DNA of 35,564 nucleotides from Candidatus Berkelbacteria bacterium (GTDB taxonomy: Bacteria; Patescibacteriota; UBA1384; UBA12157). Both the position numbers and the translations under genes were made by a program. The stretch lies in assembly GCA_037127955.1 (NCBI GenBank), contig JBAXXI010000005.1, positions 1 to 35,564 on the forward strand. Reading direction: 5' to 3'. Each line of letters opens with the position of its first letter. Position 1 is the stretch's first letter. The notes below the pieces were generated by a model, which worked only from the letters and a program-made list of their open reading frames with translations, was not told the DNA's origin and ran no database searches. This document shows positions 19,330 to 28,322 of this stretch, in pieces.

Positions 19330-19809
19330 TTATTCTCCCTTTTCCCAGGACTCGCTCTGATAAACTGCGGCAATAAATGCACAAACAGGTTTATCTTCGC
19401 ACTTTGTACCAACGATTGCGTATTGGATTAATCCAAACGAATCGGAACGATACTTGACCATATCGGTTAGGCTATTCTGAATCAGATCGTGAACTTCGCT
19501 TTCGCTCGAACCTTCGTGCTCAACGAATAGTCCCCGACCATCTTCAGCTTGTACCCAACCAATACCGGCCCAGGCTTCTTTGCCTGGAACAGATTCGCGT
19601 TGTTGGGCGTACACCACATAGAGTTTGTAGCCAAATTCGTCTTTACCGTTTCCAGTAAGCTGACAAAAATCGACTTCACTCCCTACGGGTATAACGCTCG
19701 ATAAGCGTATCAGGTTATAATTTGCGATTCCGGCTTTATGAAGTGCTTCATCAAAGGCGGATAATTCAGTGTTGCCAGTACCCTGGCCTTTAGTGATGCA
19801 TATTTTCAT
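19330..19809 (-). CDS. pdaD: Pyruvoyl-dependent arginine decarboxylase
   Basis: GTGNTELSAFDEALHKAGIANYNLIRLSSVIP with the Ser-Ser self-cleavage site; GLFVEHEG; ATG 19809 after AAGGGG. Confidence 0.92.
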   Translation of the reverse strand: MKICITKGQGTGNTELSAFDEALHKAGIANYNLIRLSSVIPVGSEVDFCQLTGNGKDEFGYKLYVVYAQQRESVPGKEAWAGIGWVQAEDGRGLFVEHEGSSESEVHDLIQNSLTDMVKYRSDSFGLIQYAIVGTKCEDKPVCAFIAAVYQSESWEKGE

Positions 19810-20042
19810 AATGCTTTCCCCTTTTTTATTTTTAAGTTCCATTGGTTAGCATGCAAAATTTACCAACCAAATAATTGCCCTTATCTTACACCAAAAAAGA
19901 CCAAAAGTCAAGGGGTTTTGATCTTATTTTGAAAAACACTTGTCTTATTGTTATACTATTTTTTAGTCTTTAGATAATAATTATAGTAAAGATATTTACC
20001 TTCCACTTGCACCTCCAAGGTGCAAGTGCGGTTTTTAGACAT

Positions 20043-20070
20043 AAAAAAGCCTCGAGTTTTCACCCGAGGC
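20043..20070 (-). terminator. Intrinsic terminator
   Basis: AAAAAA-GCCTCGAG...CCCGAGGC hairpin. Confidence 0.75.
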
Positions 20071-20088
20071 CGCAAGCCATAACCTAAA

Positions 20089-20508
20089 TTATTGAATTTT
20101 AACCTTCCAATATTTTTCGTACTGGTAATTCCCGTTCCAATGCCAACTCATCTCGATATAGTCTTTAAACTTTTTACAAGTAGCTACCCCATTATCGACC
20201 CTTGGCGAATTGAAATTCGTCAATTCGATTGTCTCACCTTTATCCACCCAGTTGAAATTATAGCCCGAGCCATAAATTCCACCGGAAGCACTACCTTCGC
20301 CTTTTGTCTTAAAAACTATGGTTGCACCTATGAATTTATACATGGCGATGATCGTCACTGGCACATCTTGAGCCTGGCCGTAATTTGCGCTGCCACTAAC
20401 TTCAGACGTAACCGGCGGTGCAGAAATTTTTTCCTGGCGCGAACTATAAAGCGCCCACGCAATAACCACCACTGACAAAAAGATCCATATACCTGAATTA
20501 TTTTTCAT
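20089..20508 (-). CDS. Hypothetical exported/membrane-anchored beta-rich protein
   Basis: N-terminal hydrophobic segment, AGGGGG SD, own terminator. Confidence 0.7.
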   Translation of the reverse strand: MKNNSGIWIFLSVVVIAWALYSSRQEKISAPPVTSEVSGSANYGQAQDVPVTIIAMYKFIGATIVFKTKGEGSASGGIYGSGYNFNWVDKGETIELTNFNSPRVDNGVATCKKFKDYIEMSWHWNGNYQYEKYWKVKIQ

Positions 20509-20637
20509 AATTCACCACCCCCTATTTTTTCCAATCTAAATTGGTTGAATCGATTATACTACTAAAATTTAAACCTGTCAATAAGCAAATTTAATTTAAA
20601 AACCCCGATGTAATATCGGGGTCAAGTTCGAACGGAT

Positions 20638-20829
20638 TTAGCCGCCGCCAATTTGTTTTTTCAGCTCATCAATTAGTATATTTATAGCCATTAAAGCTAA
20701 TTGGCAGCAAATCTGTCCGGTTTTGTTATTGCTGGCCAAACAATCGTTAGCGAGTCGATCCAATTCATGAGCGATATAAATCGCCTGATCCAGCTGAGCC
20801 GCCTTGGTATTTCGAGTATCGGTTACCAT
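20638..20829 (-). CDS. Small hypothetical helical protein
   Basis: ATG 20829 after AAGGGGG; TTGACA upstream; terminator CCCCGAT...ATCGGGG at about 20603-20621. Confidence 0.6.
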   Translation of the reverse strand: MVTDTRNTKAAQLDQAIYIAHELDRLANDCLASNNKTGQICCQLALMAINILIDELKKQIGGG

Positions 20830-20962
20830 ATTTGTCACCCCCTTCTCGATTAGCCACAGCGTAACGCAATAAACCTGTAATGTCAAGTTTCGACTGATTC
20901 AAATTAAACAAAAAAACCGCCAGACTTGCTGACGATTTTTTTATCACTAATTTTGATTAATT

Positions 20963-22165
20963 TTACTTCGAAACTTCAAACCAAGTAGTTTTACCCGCCT
21001 TAACAGTCACTGGAGAACCCGACAAATCAATTTCTTGGTTTTGATCGGCAATTGTCTTATCGCCAATAGAAATTGCATTCTGCTCTAGTAAGCGGCGAAT
21101 ATCACCATTACTGCGCTCACCGGCAAAACAAACCTTCAATATTTCCATGATTGTGTCTTTGTCTTTGCCAATTTGAACTTTTGGAATATCAGTTGGAGTT
21201 TGTTTTTGACTAAAAGTTTTAATAAACCAATCTTTTTCGGCTTCGGCTTCGTCTTTTGAATAAAACATTTCGACAATAGTTTCGGCTAAAATCATTTTGA
21301 TATCGCGGGGATTAGCGCCACTTTTAAGTTGTTTTTCGTATTCGGCAATTTTATCCATTTCAACTCGAGTCACATGAATAAAATAGTCCATGATCAAATT
21401 GTCAGGAATACTCATAAGTTTCCCAAACATATCACGAGCTGAATCTGTTAAATTGATAGTATTACCCCAACTTGAACTCATTTTACGACCATCTGTACCT
21501 GGCAAAATACTCGTCATGACGAAATCTTGTGGCTCTTGACCATAATGAGCCTGTAAAGCTCTACCCGACAAAAGATTAAATCTCTGATCAGTTCCACCAA
21601 GCTCAACATCAGCTTTAACCGCCACCGAATCATAACCCTGCATTAACGGGTACAAAACTTCGCGAAGCGAAATATGTTTGCCGGCATCCAAGCGCTTTTT
21701 GATATTTTCACGTGCAATAAAATCAGAAATTGAAAAAATATTGGCCTGTTCGGTAATCTCTTTATACCCAAGTTTAGAAAGCCATTCTGAATTATTACGA
21801 ACTTCAACCTGGTCAAGATCCAAAATTTTACCAGCTTGAGCCACATAACTCTTCATATTTTCCTGAACGATTTCTTCTGAAAGCATCGGTCTTTCGCTAT
21901 CTTTATCAGAAGTATCACCAATAATCCCAGTAAAATCACCGATTAAAAAAACCACTTTATGGCCCAATTTCTGAAAATCGCGAAGCTTAAAAAGACAAAC
22001 GGCACGACCAAGATGAATATTCGGGCTGGTTGGATCAATACCTAATTTAATCCGAAGCTGTTTACCAGAACCCAAGGCCTTTTCTAAATGCTCACGATTT
22101 ATCACCTCGGTAACACCACGGGTTAAAAGTTCTTCGATTGCTTTTTTATCAGTATTAATCAACAT
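20963..22165 (-). CDS. tyrS: Tyrosine--tRNA ligase (housekeeping copy)
   Basis: IKLGIDPT, HLGR, GDFT, YPLMQGYD, GGTDQRFN, KMSSS, C-terminal S4-like domain. Confidence 0.97.
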   Translation of the reverse strand: MLINTDKKAIEELLTRGVTEVINREHLEKALGSGKQLRIKLGIDPTSPNIHLGRAVCLFKLRDFQKLGHKVVFLIGDFTGIIGDTSDKDSERPMLSEEIVQENMKSYVAQAGKILDLDQVEVRNNSEWLSKLGYKEITEQANIFSISDFIARENIKKRLDAGKHISLREVLYPLMQGYDSVAVKADVELGGTDQRFNLLSGRALQAHYGQEPQDFVMTSILPGTDGRKMSSSWGNTINLTDSARDMFGKLMSIPDNLIMDYFIHVTRVEMDKIAEYEKQLKSGANPRDIKMILAETIVEMFYSKDEAEAEKDWFIKTFSQKQTPTDIPKVQIGKDKDTIMEILKVCFAGERSNGDIRRLLEQNAISIGDKTIADQNQEIDLSGSPVTVKAGKTTWFEVSK

Positions 22166-22333
22166 TTTATTTCCTTTTAATTATTAGAATAATTTTTCTT
22201 TATTGTACACTTTTTTTCAGGTTAAATCAAAATTTTCGATTTTTCAAGCCTGAGACCTTGACAAAAACAGTTTTATGGTATAAAATATTGACAATCGTAC
22301 ATTAAAACGATTCATATTTCAAAGGGGGAAATT

Positions 22334-22762
22334 ATGATTCAAAGAATCGACAGAACACTACGCAATGTGAATCCTGGTTTAACCGGAACTCACAGCAACA
22401 TCCATGGCGACGCTTCAAACATCTGGGGAGACGCTACCAATATTATTGGTGATGTTACCAATATTTGCGGCGATGTCACCAATATTCGTGGCGTTGTGAC
22501 AGAAATCAAAGGTGATGTCACTAATTTAACTGGAGACACTTCAAGTATCCGTGGCCTGGTCACAAATATTTACGGTAACCCAGGAAAATTACGCGGCAAT
22601 GTCACCGAACTTATTGGCAATGTCACAAATATATCTGGAACCATTACAAAAATATTTGGTGATGTGTCAGATATCGAAGGGTGTATCACTTTTATTGAAG
22701 GCGATGCTACCGGGGTATTTGGTAAAGTTGATGATTTGGTCGGCCAGGAAATCAAAGTCTGA
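22334..22762 (+). CDS. Heptapeptide-repeat (IxGDVTN) protein, probable beta-solenoid
   Basis: About 17 tandem [IL]xG[DN][VAT][TS]x units; TTGACA...TATAAA promoter, AAGGGGG SD and own terminator. Confidence 0.8.
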   Translation: MIQRIDRTLRNVNPGLTGTHSNIHGDASNIWGDATNIIGDVTNICGDVTNIRGVVTEIKGDVTNLTGDTSSIRGLVTNIYGNPGKLRGNVTELIGNVTNISGTITKIFGDVSDIEGCITFIEGDATGVFGKVDDLVGQEIKV

Positions 22763-22769
22763 TCCAGAC

Positions 22770-22797
22770 AAGCTACTTATTCGTAAGTAGCTTTTTT
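22770..22797 (+). terminator. Intrinsic terminator
   Basis: AAGCTACTTA-ttcg-TAAGTAGCTT followed by T run. Confidence 0.9.
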
Positions 22798-22878
22798 ATT
22801 TCAAATCATATTGACTAAATTCATTTTTCGTGCTAATCTTGACTGTACCCAGAACTTTAACAAAAAAGGAGAAAAAAC

Positions 22879-23718
22879 ATGAAAATCGGTTGTCTCGGAC
22901 CTGCCGGAACTTTTTCCGAAGAAGCGGCTATAAAATATTACAAAACTGAGAAAAATTTAATTTTTTTCTCAAGTAATGAATCTGTCATTGAAGCACTTCA
23001 TCTTCAAGATGTTGATCAAGCGTTTGTTGCGATTGAAAATTCGATTGAAGGCCCGGTCAATGTAGTGGTCGACACAATCCAAAAATATCCTGAACTCCAC
23101 ATTACTGGCGAATACGTTTTGCCAATCTGTCAGGAAATTATGGCTTTTCAATACATTGTTTTAAAAAACATTAAAACCATTGTTTCGCACCCTCAGGCGT
23201 TAGCTCAATGTAGAAATTTTATCAAAAATGAGCTACCAAACGCTGTTATCGAAGAAGCAACCAGTACAACCAAAGCGATTGAAATGATCAAAAATCAAAA
23301 ATTTGACGTTTTAACTACAGCTGCGATTGGATCACCTCGAGCCAAAACCGTATATGGATTAAAAACTCTTTGGCCATGCGCTAATGACTCGAAAGATAAT
23401 TCGACTCGCTTTATTGCCGTTAATCGAACAGCCAAATTAAGACGAACGGGCGATGATCGAACATCTATCAGTTTTACTTGCGACAAAGACGAACCAGGAT
23501 CGCTTTCGAGAGTCCTGGAAGTCTTTAGCGTCTTGGATATCAATATGCTAAAAATCGAATCCAGACCGATTAAAAAAAATCTCGGCGACTACCTCTTCCT
23601 AATAGACCTTAATGGTCACTGTAATAACGCCAAAATCAAATTAGCCTTAGAAACCATTAAAAAAAGAACTGTTGATTTAAGAATTTTAGGTTCTTATCCT
23701 AAATTCAAACCCAAATAA
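22879..23718 (+). CDS. pheA: Prephenate dehydratase with ACT domain
   Basis: LGPAGTFSEEA, IENSIEG, SHPQALAQC, NSTRF, PGSL, INMLKIESRP, LGSYP. Confidence 0.95.
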   Translation: MKIGCLGPAGTFSEEAAIKYYKTEKNLIFFSSNESVIEALHLQDVDQAFVAIENSIEGPVNVVVDTIQKYPELHITGEYVLPICQEIMAFQYIVLKNIKTIVSHPQALAQCRNFIKNELPNAVIEEATSTTKAIEMIKNQKFDVLTTAAIGSPRAKTVYGLKTLWPCANDSKDNSTRFIAVNRTAKLRRTGDDRTSISFTCDKDEPGSLSRVLEVFSVLDINMLKIESRPIKKNLGDYLFLIDLNGHCNNAKIKLALETIKKRTVDLRILGSYPKFKPK

Positions 23719-23724
23719 TACAAC

Positions 23725-23751
23725 AAAGACCAGATAACTCTGGTCTTTTTT
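23725..23751. terminator. Terminator between pheA and tRNA-Tyr
   Basis: AAAGACCAGA-taac-TCTGGTCTTT followed by T run. Confidence 0.85.
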
Positions 23752-23753
23752 AT

Positions 23754-23840
23754 TGGTGCTGAGAGAGAGATTCGAACTTTCGTAGGCACAAGGCCGCCTG
23801 ATTTACAGTCAGGTGCGTTTGACCGCTCCGCCATCTCAGC
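23754..23840 (-). tRNA. tRNA-Tyr (GTA)
   Basis: Acceptor GCTGAGA/TCTCAGC-A-CCA; D arm GCG..GG..CGC; anticodon arm CCTGA-CTGTAAA-TCAGG; long variable arm; T loop TTCGAAT. Confidence 0.95.
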
Positions 23841-23883
23841 GCCTTTTTATATTTTAACTGAAAAATCAGAAAAATCAAGTAAT

Positions 23884-23910
23884 AAAAAGCCTCAGGTAAA
23901 ACCTGAGGCT
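23884..23910 (-). terminator. Intrinsic terminator ending the tyrS2 cluster
   Basis: AAAA-AGCCTCAGGT-aaa-ACCTGAGGCT. Confidence 0.85.
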
Positions 23911-23921
23911 AAACAAAAGCA

Positions 23922-24614
23922 CTAAATCAAATTAACAAAATTCTGGAAAATCGTCCGACTACACTCTTCGCGATAAGATTCAAAACCACGACCTATCTCC
24001 TGATCAAAAGATAATCCTTCCTCTTTAAGTTTTTCTTTCATAAGTTCAAAGATTTTTTGCGCCTTAAGAGGATGAATTTCAATATGAGATTGAACAGCCC
24101 AAACTGGCTTATCTTTCATTTTAAAGATTTCGGCCATATTGTTAGACGTACTGGCTAATAAAATGGCCCCTGGCGGCAAAGCTGCAACCTTATCTTGATG
24201 ATACTCGAAAAACGTCATCGCGTCGGGGCAGTTAGCCAATAGAGGATCGTTTTTGCCAGCCAAACTTAATTCAATCTGGTACCATCCTCTTTGCCAAGCT
24301 TGATTAAAAGCTAAGCATCCACCAAAGAGATGTCCGAGTATCTGACAACCAAGACAAACACCAAGAGTTGGTCTATCGTCAGACAACCAACTGTAAATGA
24401 AATCCATCTCCTGACGAAACCCTGATTCGCGCGAATGAATAATTTCTATCGCATTCATCGGTCCACCAGCTATAACTAAACCATCAAAATCACCTTTCGG
24501 CCGATCTTCGAGGTAAGCAGGCCAAACAATCGGTCGCACCCCAATATCACCAATGAATCTATCGATATTTTCAGCACGGCCTGGAGCATGTTCGATAATT
24601 AATATTTTTTTCAT
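23922..24614 (-). CDS. Stand-alone class I glutamine amidotransferase / gamma-glutamyl hydrolase-like protein
   Basis: IAGGP, nucleophile elbow LGVCLGCQ, HQD, QSHIE (Cys-His-Glu triad). Confidence 0.9.
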   Translation of the reverse strand: MKKILIIEHAPGRAENIDRFIGDIGVRPIVWPAYLEDRPKGDFDGLVIAGGPMNAIEIIHSRESGFRQEMDFIYSWLSDDRPTLGVCLGCQILGHLFGGCLAFNQAWQRGWYQIELSLAGKNDPLLANCPDAMTFFEYHQDKVAALPPGAILLASTSNNMAEIFKMKDKPVWAVQSHIEIHPLKAQKIFELMKEKLKEEGLSFDQEIGRGFESYREECSRTIFQNFVNLI

Positions 24615-24615
24615 A

Positions 24616-25905
24616 TTAACCCCCTAAATTCCAATCTGGAGCTTTGCCGCTCTTTTTTTTGTAAATACGAGCGTAAGAAGCATTATTCTTTAGTTGAATC
24701 TGAATACGATTTCCAGACTCATCAGAACGAATTTTTCTATATTCAGCCTGAGGATTGATAATTCTAAAAGAATTAATTTTACCCCAAATAATATTCACAC
24801 CAAGCCCACTGCCTGTCATCGGCAAAGATTGACCATTTTCAGCATTAAACTGAAAACGTTCGGTGATAAAATGTTTTTCACCATCAAACCAATTGGTAGA
24901 TGGCTCCCACCCATCAGATGCCAAATTAGCAGTATGCAAAACTGAGGCAGCTTGTTGATCATAAACTCGACCAATCGCAGACGGGAAAGTCCCACCAACC
25001 ATCGATTCAGTCTTAATAATCTGATCCCAATTTGCAGACTCAATCAATTTGGCTTTAGCAATTCCGCCAATCTTTTGAATCTTAAAATTTAACCAAATAT
25101 TTTTTCCCAAACAAAGCTTTGCATCGGCTTCAGTCACAAATGATTCATCAGCAATGACTGGAATATTTCCAAACATTTTCAAATTAACCGCAGCTAAACC
25201 CAATGCATCAATACCTTCATTCGCAGAAATTGGCTGTTCGGCCCAACACAAACCAGAAAGAGTAGATCGAGAATTACACAGTTTGTTCAAAAACTGAATA
25301 AACTCATCAAAACTGTAACTACCATTAAAATCTACCGCGTAACGCGATCTGGTTTCGGCGACTAAAGACTCCATGGTATTAATCATGGCCACATCTGAAT
25401 CGATATCGACACCAGTTTTAATCTTTGGCACAGCCATCTTGCTAATCACCTCTTTAGCTTTTGCAATCGTTTGATCTATAGGCAAGAAAGGTATGCTGGA
25501 CAGTACCACTCCAGAAGAGCGTACCTGGCCATAAATATCAATTATAGACAATTGATGAACTTTACCATAAAGATCGTCAATAGCCATATTGAAAGCCGCC
25601 AAAGCCGCTGGAAACTCACCGATCTTTTCTTCGACACAGGCCAACATTTTGACTCGATCATCAACTAACCAGCCCTCAAAATTAAACTGACAAAGCGACC
25701 AATAAATATCCCAAGCATCGTAAGACGAAAATGGAAAATCTATACTGGCTTCACCCACACCTTCAAAAATTTTACCACCATCATCAGCAATCAATTTCAG
25801 GAACACTCTGGGCAAAGTTGTTAAAGTGCCGAAACCCAAATTAAACGGGTTTGACAAGTTAATTGCCACCATGATGATTTTTACATCAATGATTTTTGCT
25901 GCCAT
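24616..25905 (-). CDS. Enolase-superfamily (muconate cycloisomerase / dipeptide epimerase-like) enzyme
   Basis: GVGEA, AAFNMAIDDL, KIK, VDFN, EQP, ADES, NFKIQKIGG; ATG 25905 after AGGGGG. Confidence 0.88.
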   Translation of the reverse strand: MAAKIIDVKIIMVAINLSNPFNLGFGTLTTLPRVFLKLIADDGGKIFEGVGEASIDFPFSSYDAWDIYWSLCQFNFEGWLVDDRVKMLACVEEKIGEFPAALAAFNMAIDDLYGKVHQLSIIDIYGQVRSSGVVLSSIPFLPIDQTIAKAKEVISKMAVPKIKTGVDIDSDVAMINTMESLVAETRSRYAVDFNGSYSFDEFIQFLNKLCNSRSTLSGLCWAEQPISANEGIDALGLAAVNLKMFGNIPVIADESFVTEADAKLCLGKNIWLNFKIQKIGGIAKAKLIESANWDQIIKTESMVGGTFPSAIGRVYDQQAASVLHTANLASDGWEPSTNWFDGEKHFITERFQFNAENGQSLPMTGSGLGVNIIWGKINSFRIINPQAEYRKIRSDESGNRIQIQLKNNASYARIYKKKSGKAPDWNLGG

Positions 25906-25927
25906 TTTTATACCCCCTATTTTGTAT

Positions 25928-25978
25928 AAAAAAACTGCAATAGTTAACAGGTAGTCTCCCACCCTTAGCTATTGCAGT
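25928..25978 (-). terminator. Long intra-operon hairpin with GAGA tetraloop and U tract
   Basis: ACUGCAAUAGCUAA..GGUGG-GAGA-CUACC..UUAACUAUUGCAGU-UUUUUU on the minus strand. Confidence 0.65.
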
Positions 25979-25995
25979 AACAGATCGTGATCGAT

Positions 25996-26892
25996 TTATG
26001 GTTGACAAACAAGATTGATAATTCGAGAGATTTTATCCTCAAGCGAATTAGTATCCTCAATGCGACCATAAGTTGTCTCGTAGAGACGAACAATACTGGC
26101 CAAATATTTCTTGGCACCACCCAAGGTTTTATCCTGCAAATCCACTTCGGCCTTCAACATCTTTTCCTTAACTGGTTCATCATACTTTAAAAGTAGACGA
26201 TTTTCCCCAGGGATGGAAATATATGGTGAAGCTTTCGGACGATTTTTATCAAATGTCCGACCAGCCTTTAAGTAGAAAAATGAAACTGGCACATCAGAGA
26301 GTCGACGTAATTCTTGATCGAAAAGTCGTTCATCATTCCCAACCGGAGTTTCTCCAGATTGAGTAATCCAACCAATCTTTAAAACCATATTACGCATCTC
26401 ATTGAAATAAAGAATATCAGCCAATTCTCTCTTCACATATTCATGAAGAGTAGTTCTTTCGCTGGTCCATGATAAATGTTTTTGATACTCTGGTGTCTGA
26501 TCATATTCTGAAGACAAAATAACATGAAATTTCTCTAACTTTAATTTCTTTGCTACATGCTCCAGAACACTTTTAGTCTCGCGTGCGAGATGATCAACGT
26601 CCTCTGGTGTACAAAAATCATTACTCTTGGCATGAGTGTCGGCAATCACATGATAAATAGCATCTAAATTTAATAATTTTCTAAACTTTTCTGCTACTAA
26701 AATCATACCCAAAACATCGAATGGCAAACCAACTGACAAATATTTTGGCGTACAAAGACCAGTACCATAATAAATACTGCCTTTTTGTGCATCCACAATA
26801 CCTGGCAAAAGTTGAGCTACCGAAGGGTTCGGTTCGAGCAACGGCTCATTCATAACCGAATTTCTAACTGTCTCAATTTGTACTTTATCCAT
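25996..26892 (-). CDS. Hypothetical protein resembling a degenerate class Ic (TyrRS/TrpRS) catalytic domain
   Basis: Ordered motifs IYYGTG, IADTHA, LSSEY, YVKRELAD, GNDER, KASPY; no HIGH; ATG 26892 after AAGGGG. Confidence 0.55.
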   Translation of the reverse strand: MDKVQIETVRNSVMNEPLLEPNPSVAQLLPGIVDAQKGSIYYGTGLCTPKYLSVGLPFDVLGMILVAEKFRKLLNLDAIYHVIADTHAKSNDFCTPEDVDHLARETKSVLEHVAKKLKLEKFHVILSSEYDQTPEYQKHLSWTSERTTLHEYVKRELADILYFNEMRNMVLKIGWITQSGETPVGNDERLFDQELRRLSDVPVSFFYLKAGRTFDKNRPKASPYISIPGENRLLLKYDEPVKEKMLKAEVDLQDKTLGGAKKYLASIVRLYETTYGRIEDTNSLEDKISRIINLVCQP

Positions 26893-26905
26893 AAATACCC
26901 CTTTC

Positions 26906-28312
26906 TTATATACAAGCATTTTTAAATATTTGAATCAGCACATCTTTTCGTGAGCCAATACTATTATCGACTGAAATAGTTTTTAGAAACAGTTCAATTG
27001 CATTTGATCGACATTGATTATATATTTTTCTGGATATAAACCCCGGGAAATCAAATTCCTTTGGATCTAACCCAAACTTCAATAAACCGATAGACGCTCT
27101 TTCAATTTCTAAATCTAAAAGTTTATGCGCTACTTCAGTCTTCAAATTACCATTTTTATCACGACAATGCAACCGAGCAAAAAGGCCATAATTCATAGCC
27201 TGTATCTTGTCATCAACAACAATATCGAAAGGTAAAAGCTCTTCATGATTTTGTTGCGACCACAATAATCTACCAAGGTAGAACATTAACATGGCCGCGT
27301 CATCCTCAAGTGTTGGTTGCATTGGCAGTGCCCGAAACTCAACAATCAAGATATTTTTGCCATCTCGAAGAAATTTTAACCTTGCATCTCGCCAATTTAA
27401 ACCTATAGCAACATCAAAGGCATGCTCTCTGACAACAGGATCCTGACCGATAATAAAAGGATGCGCCAATAATTGGTCAAAATAATCATATACATCTTTA
27501 TAATAAGCCTTTGGCATTCCGATTCTTGTTAATAAGCCATCTCCAACTTCCCGTGTTGTTCTAACATCATGACTAATTTGCCAGGCTGGCAAACGGATAT
27601 CTGCTATCCCGGTCATTTTATAGTCAAGGAACATCGCATTCGTACCGAAAGCAGTCAATAGTGGCGAAAGCATCAAGGAGCGGTTAAGCTTATCTATCGC
27701 GTCTTTAATGTGCAAACAATCAATATTGAAATGTACAGCATTAAAAAGACTGATACAAGATGGATCGGCCACGTCGACTATTTCTTCTAAACCAAATGTA
27801 GTGTCTAACGGATGTCGTCGATTTCTTCTATGGAAATCCATACTTAACTCGTATTTAAAACACCCTTTAGTCACGGCCACTTCAGAAAGAGGTACAAACG
27901 GGTTGCTACCAGATCTCAAGACGCGGGAACCAGACTGATCTGCCAAACGGCCCAACAAGCTCTCTTTAAGACGATAATCGTCAATTAAGAGATTTAACTC
28001 TTTCCCTAAAAGATTAACTGGCCCTGTCCATAATTCAATTTGCGCGGCGCCCAACTCTTTATCAAAAATCGATGGGTCCTGGGCAATAATAGAATCTCTG
28101 ACAGATTGATCGGCCTGCGAATAAGAAGAAGTTAGTAAAGAATACTCGCTCTCCATACCCACTTTGTAAACACCTGGTTTGGCCACAAAATCGTCTAAAC
28201 TCAAACTGATACGCTTAGCTTCAGCAATAAAAGTTTGTTGCATTTCTAATTCAAAAGGAGAATTAAATCTACTCTGAACCATGTTCATGTTTGGTTTATA
28301 ACCCTTTTTCAT
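26906..28312 (-). CDS. Glutamate--cysteine ligase (GCS2)-family carboxylate-amine ligase
   Basis: KVGMESEY, ELGAAQIEL, AVHFNI, NWRDARLK, VEFRALPMQPT; ATG 28312 after AGGGGG. Confidence 0.82.
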   Translation of the reverse strand: MKKGYKPNMNMVQSRFNSPFELEMQQTFIAEAKRISLSLDDFVAKPGVYKVGMESEYSLLTSSYSQADQSVRDSIIAQDPSIFDKELGAAQIELWTGPVNLLGKELNLLIDDYRLKESLLGRLADQSGSRVLRSGSNPFVPLSEVAVTKGCFKYELSMDFHRRNRRHPLDTTFGLEEIVDVADPSCISLFNAVHFNIDCLHIKDAIDKLNRSLMLSPLLTAFGTNAMFLDYKMTGIADIRLPAWQISHDVRTTREVGDGLLTRIGMPKAYYKDVYDYFDQLLAHPFIIGQDPVVREHAFDVAIGLNWRDARLKFLRDGKNILIVEFRALPMQPTLEDDAAMLMFYLGRLLWSQQNHEELLPFDIVVDDKIQAMNYGLFARLHCRDKNGNLKTEVAHKLLDLEIERASIGLLKFGLDPKEFDFPGFISRKIYNQCRSNAIELFLKTISVDNSIGSRKDVLIQIFKNACI

Positions 28313-28322
28313 AATGTTCCCC

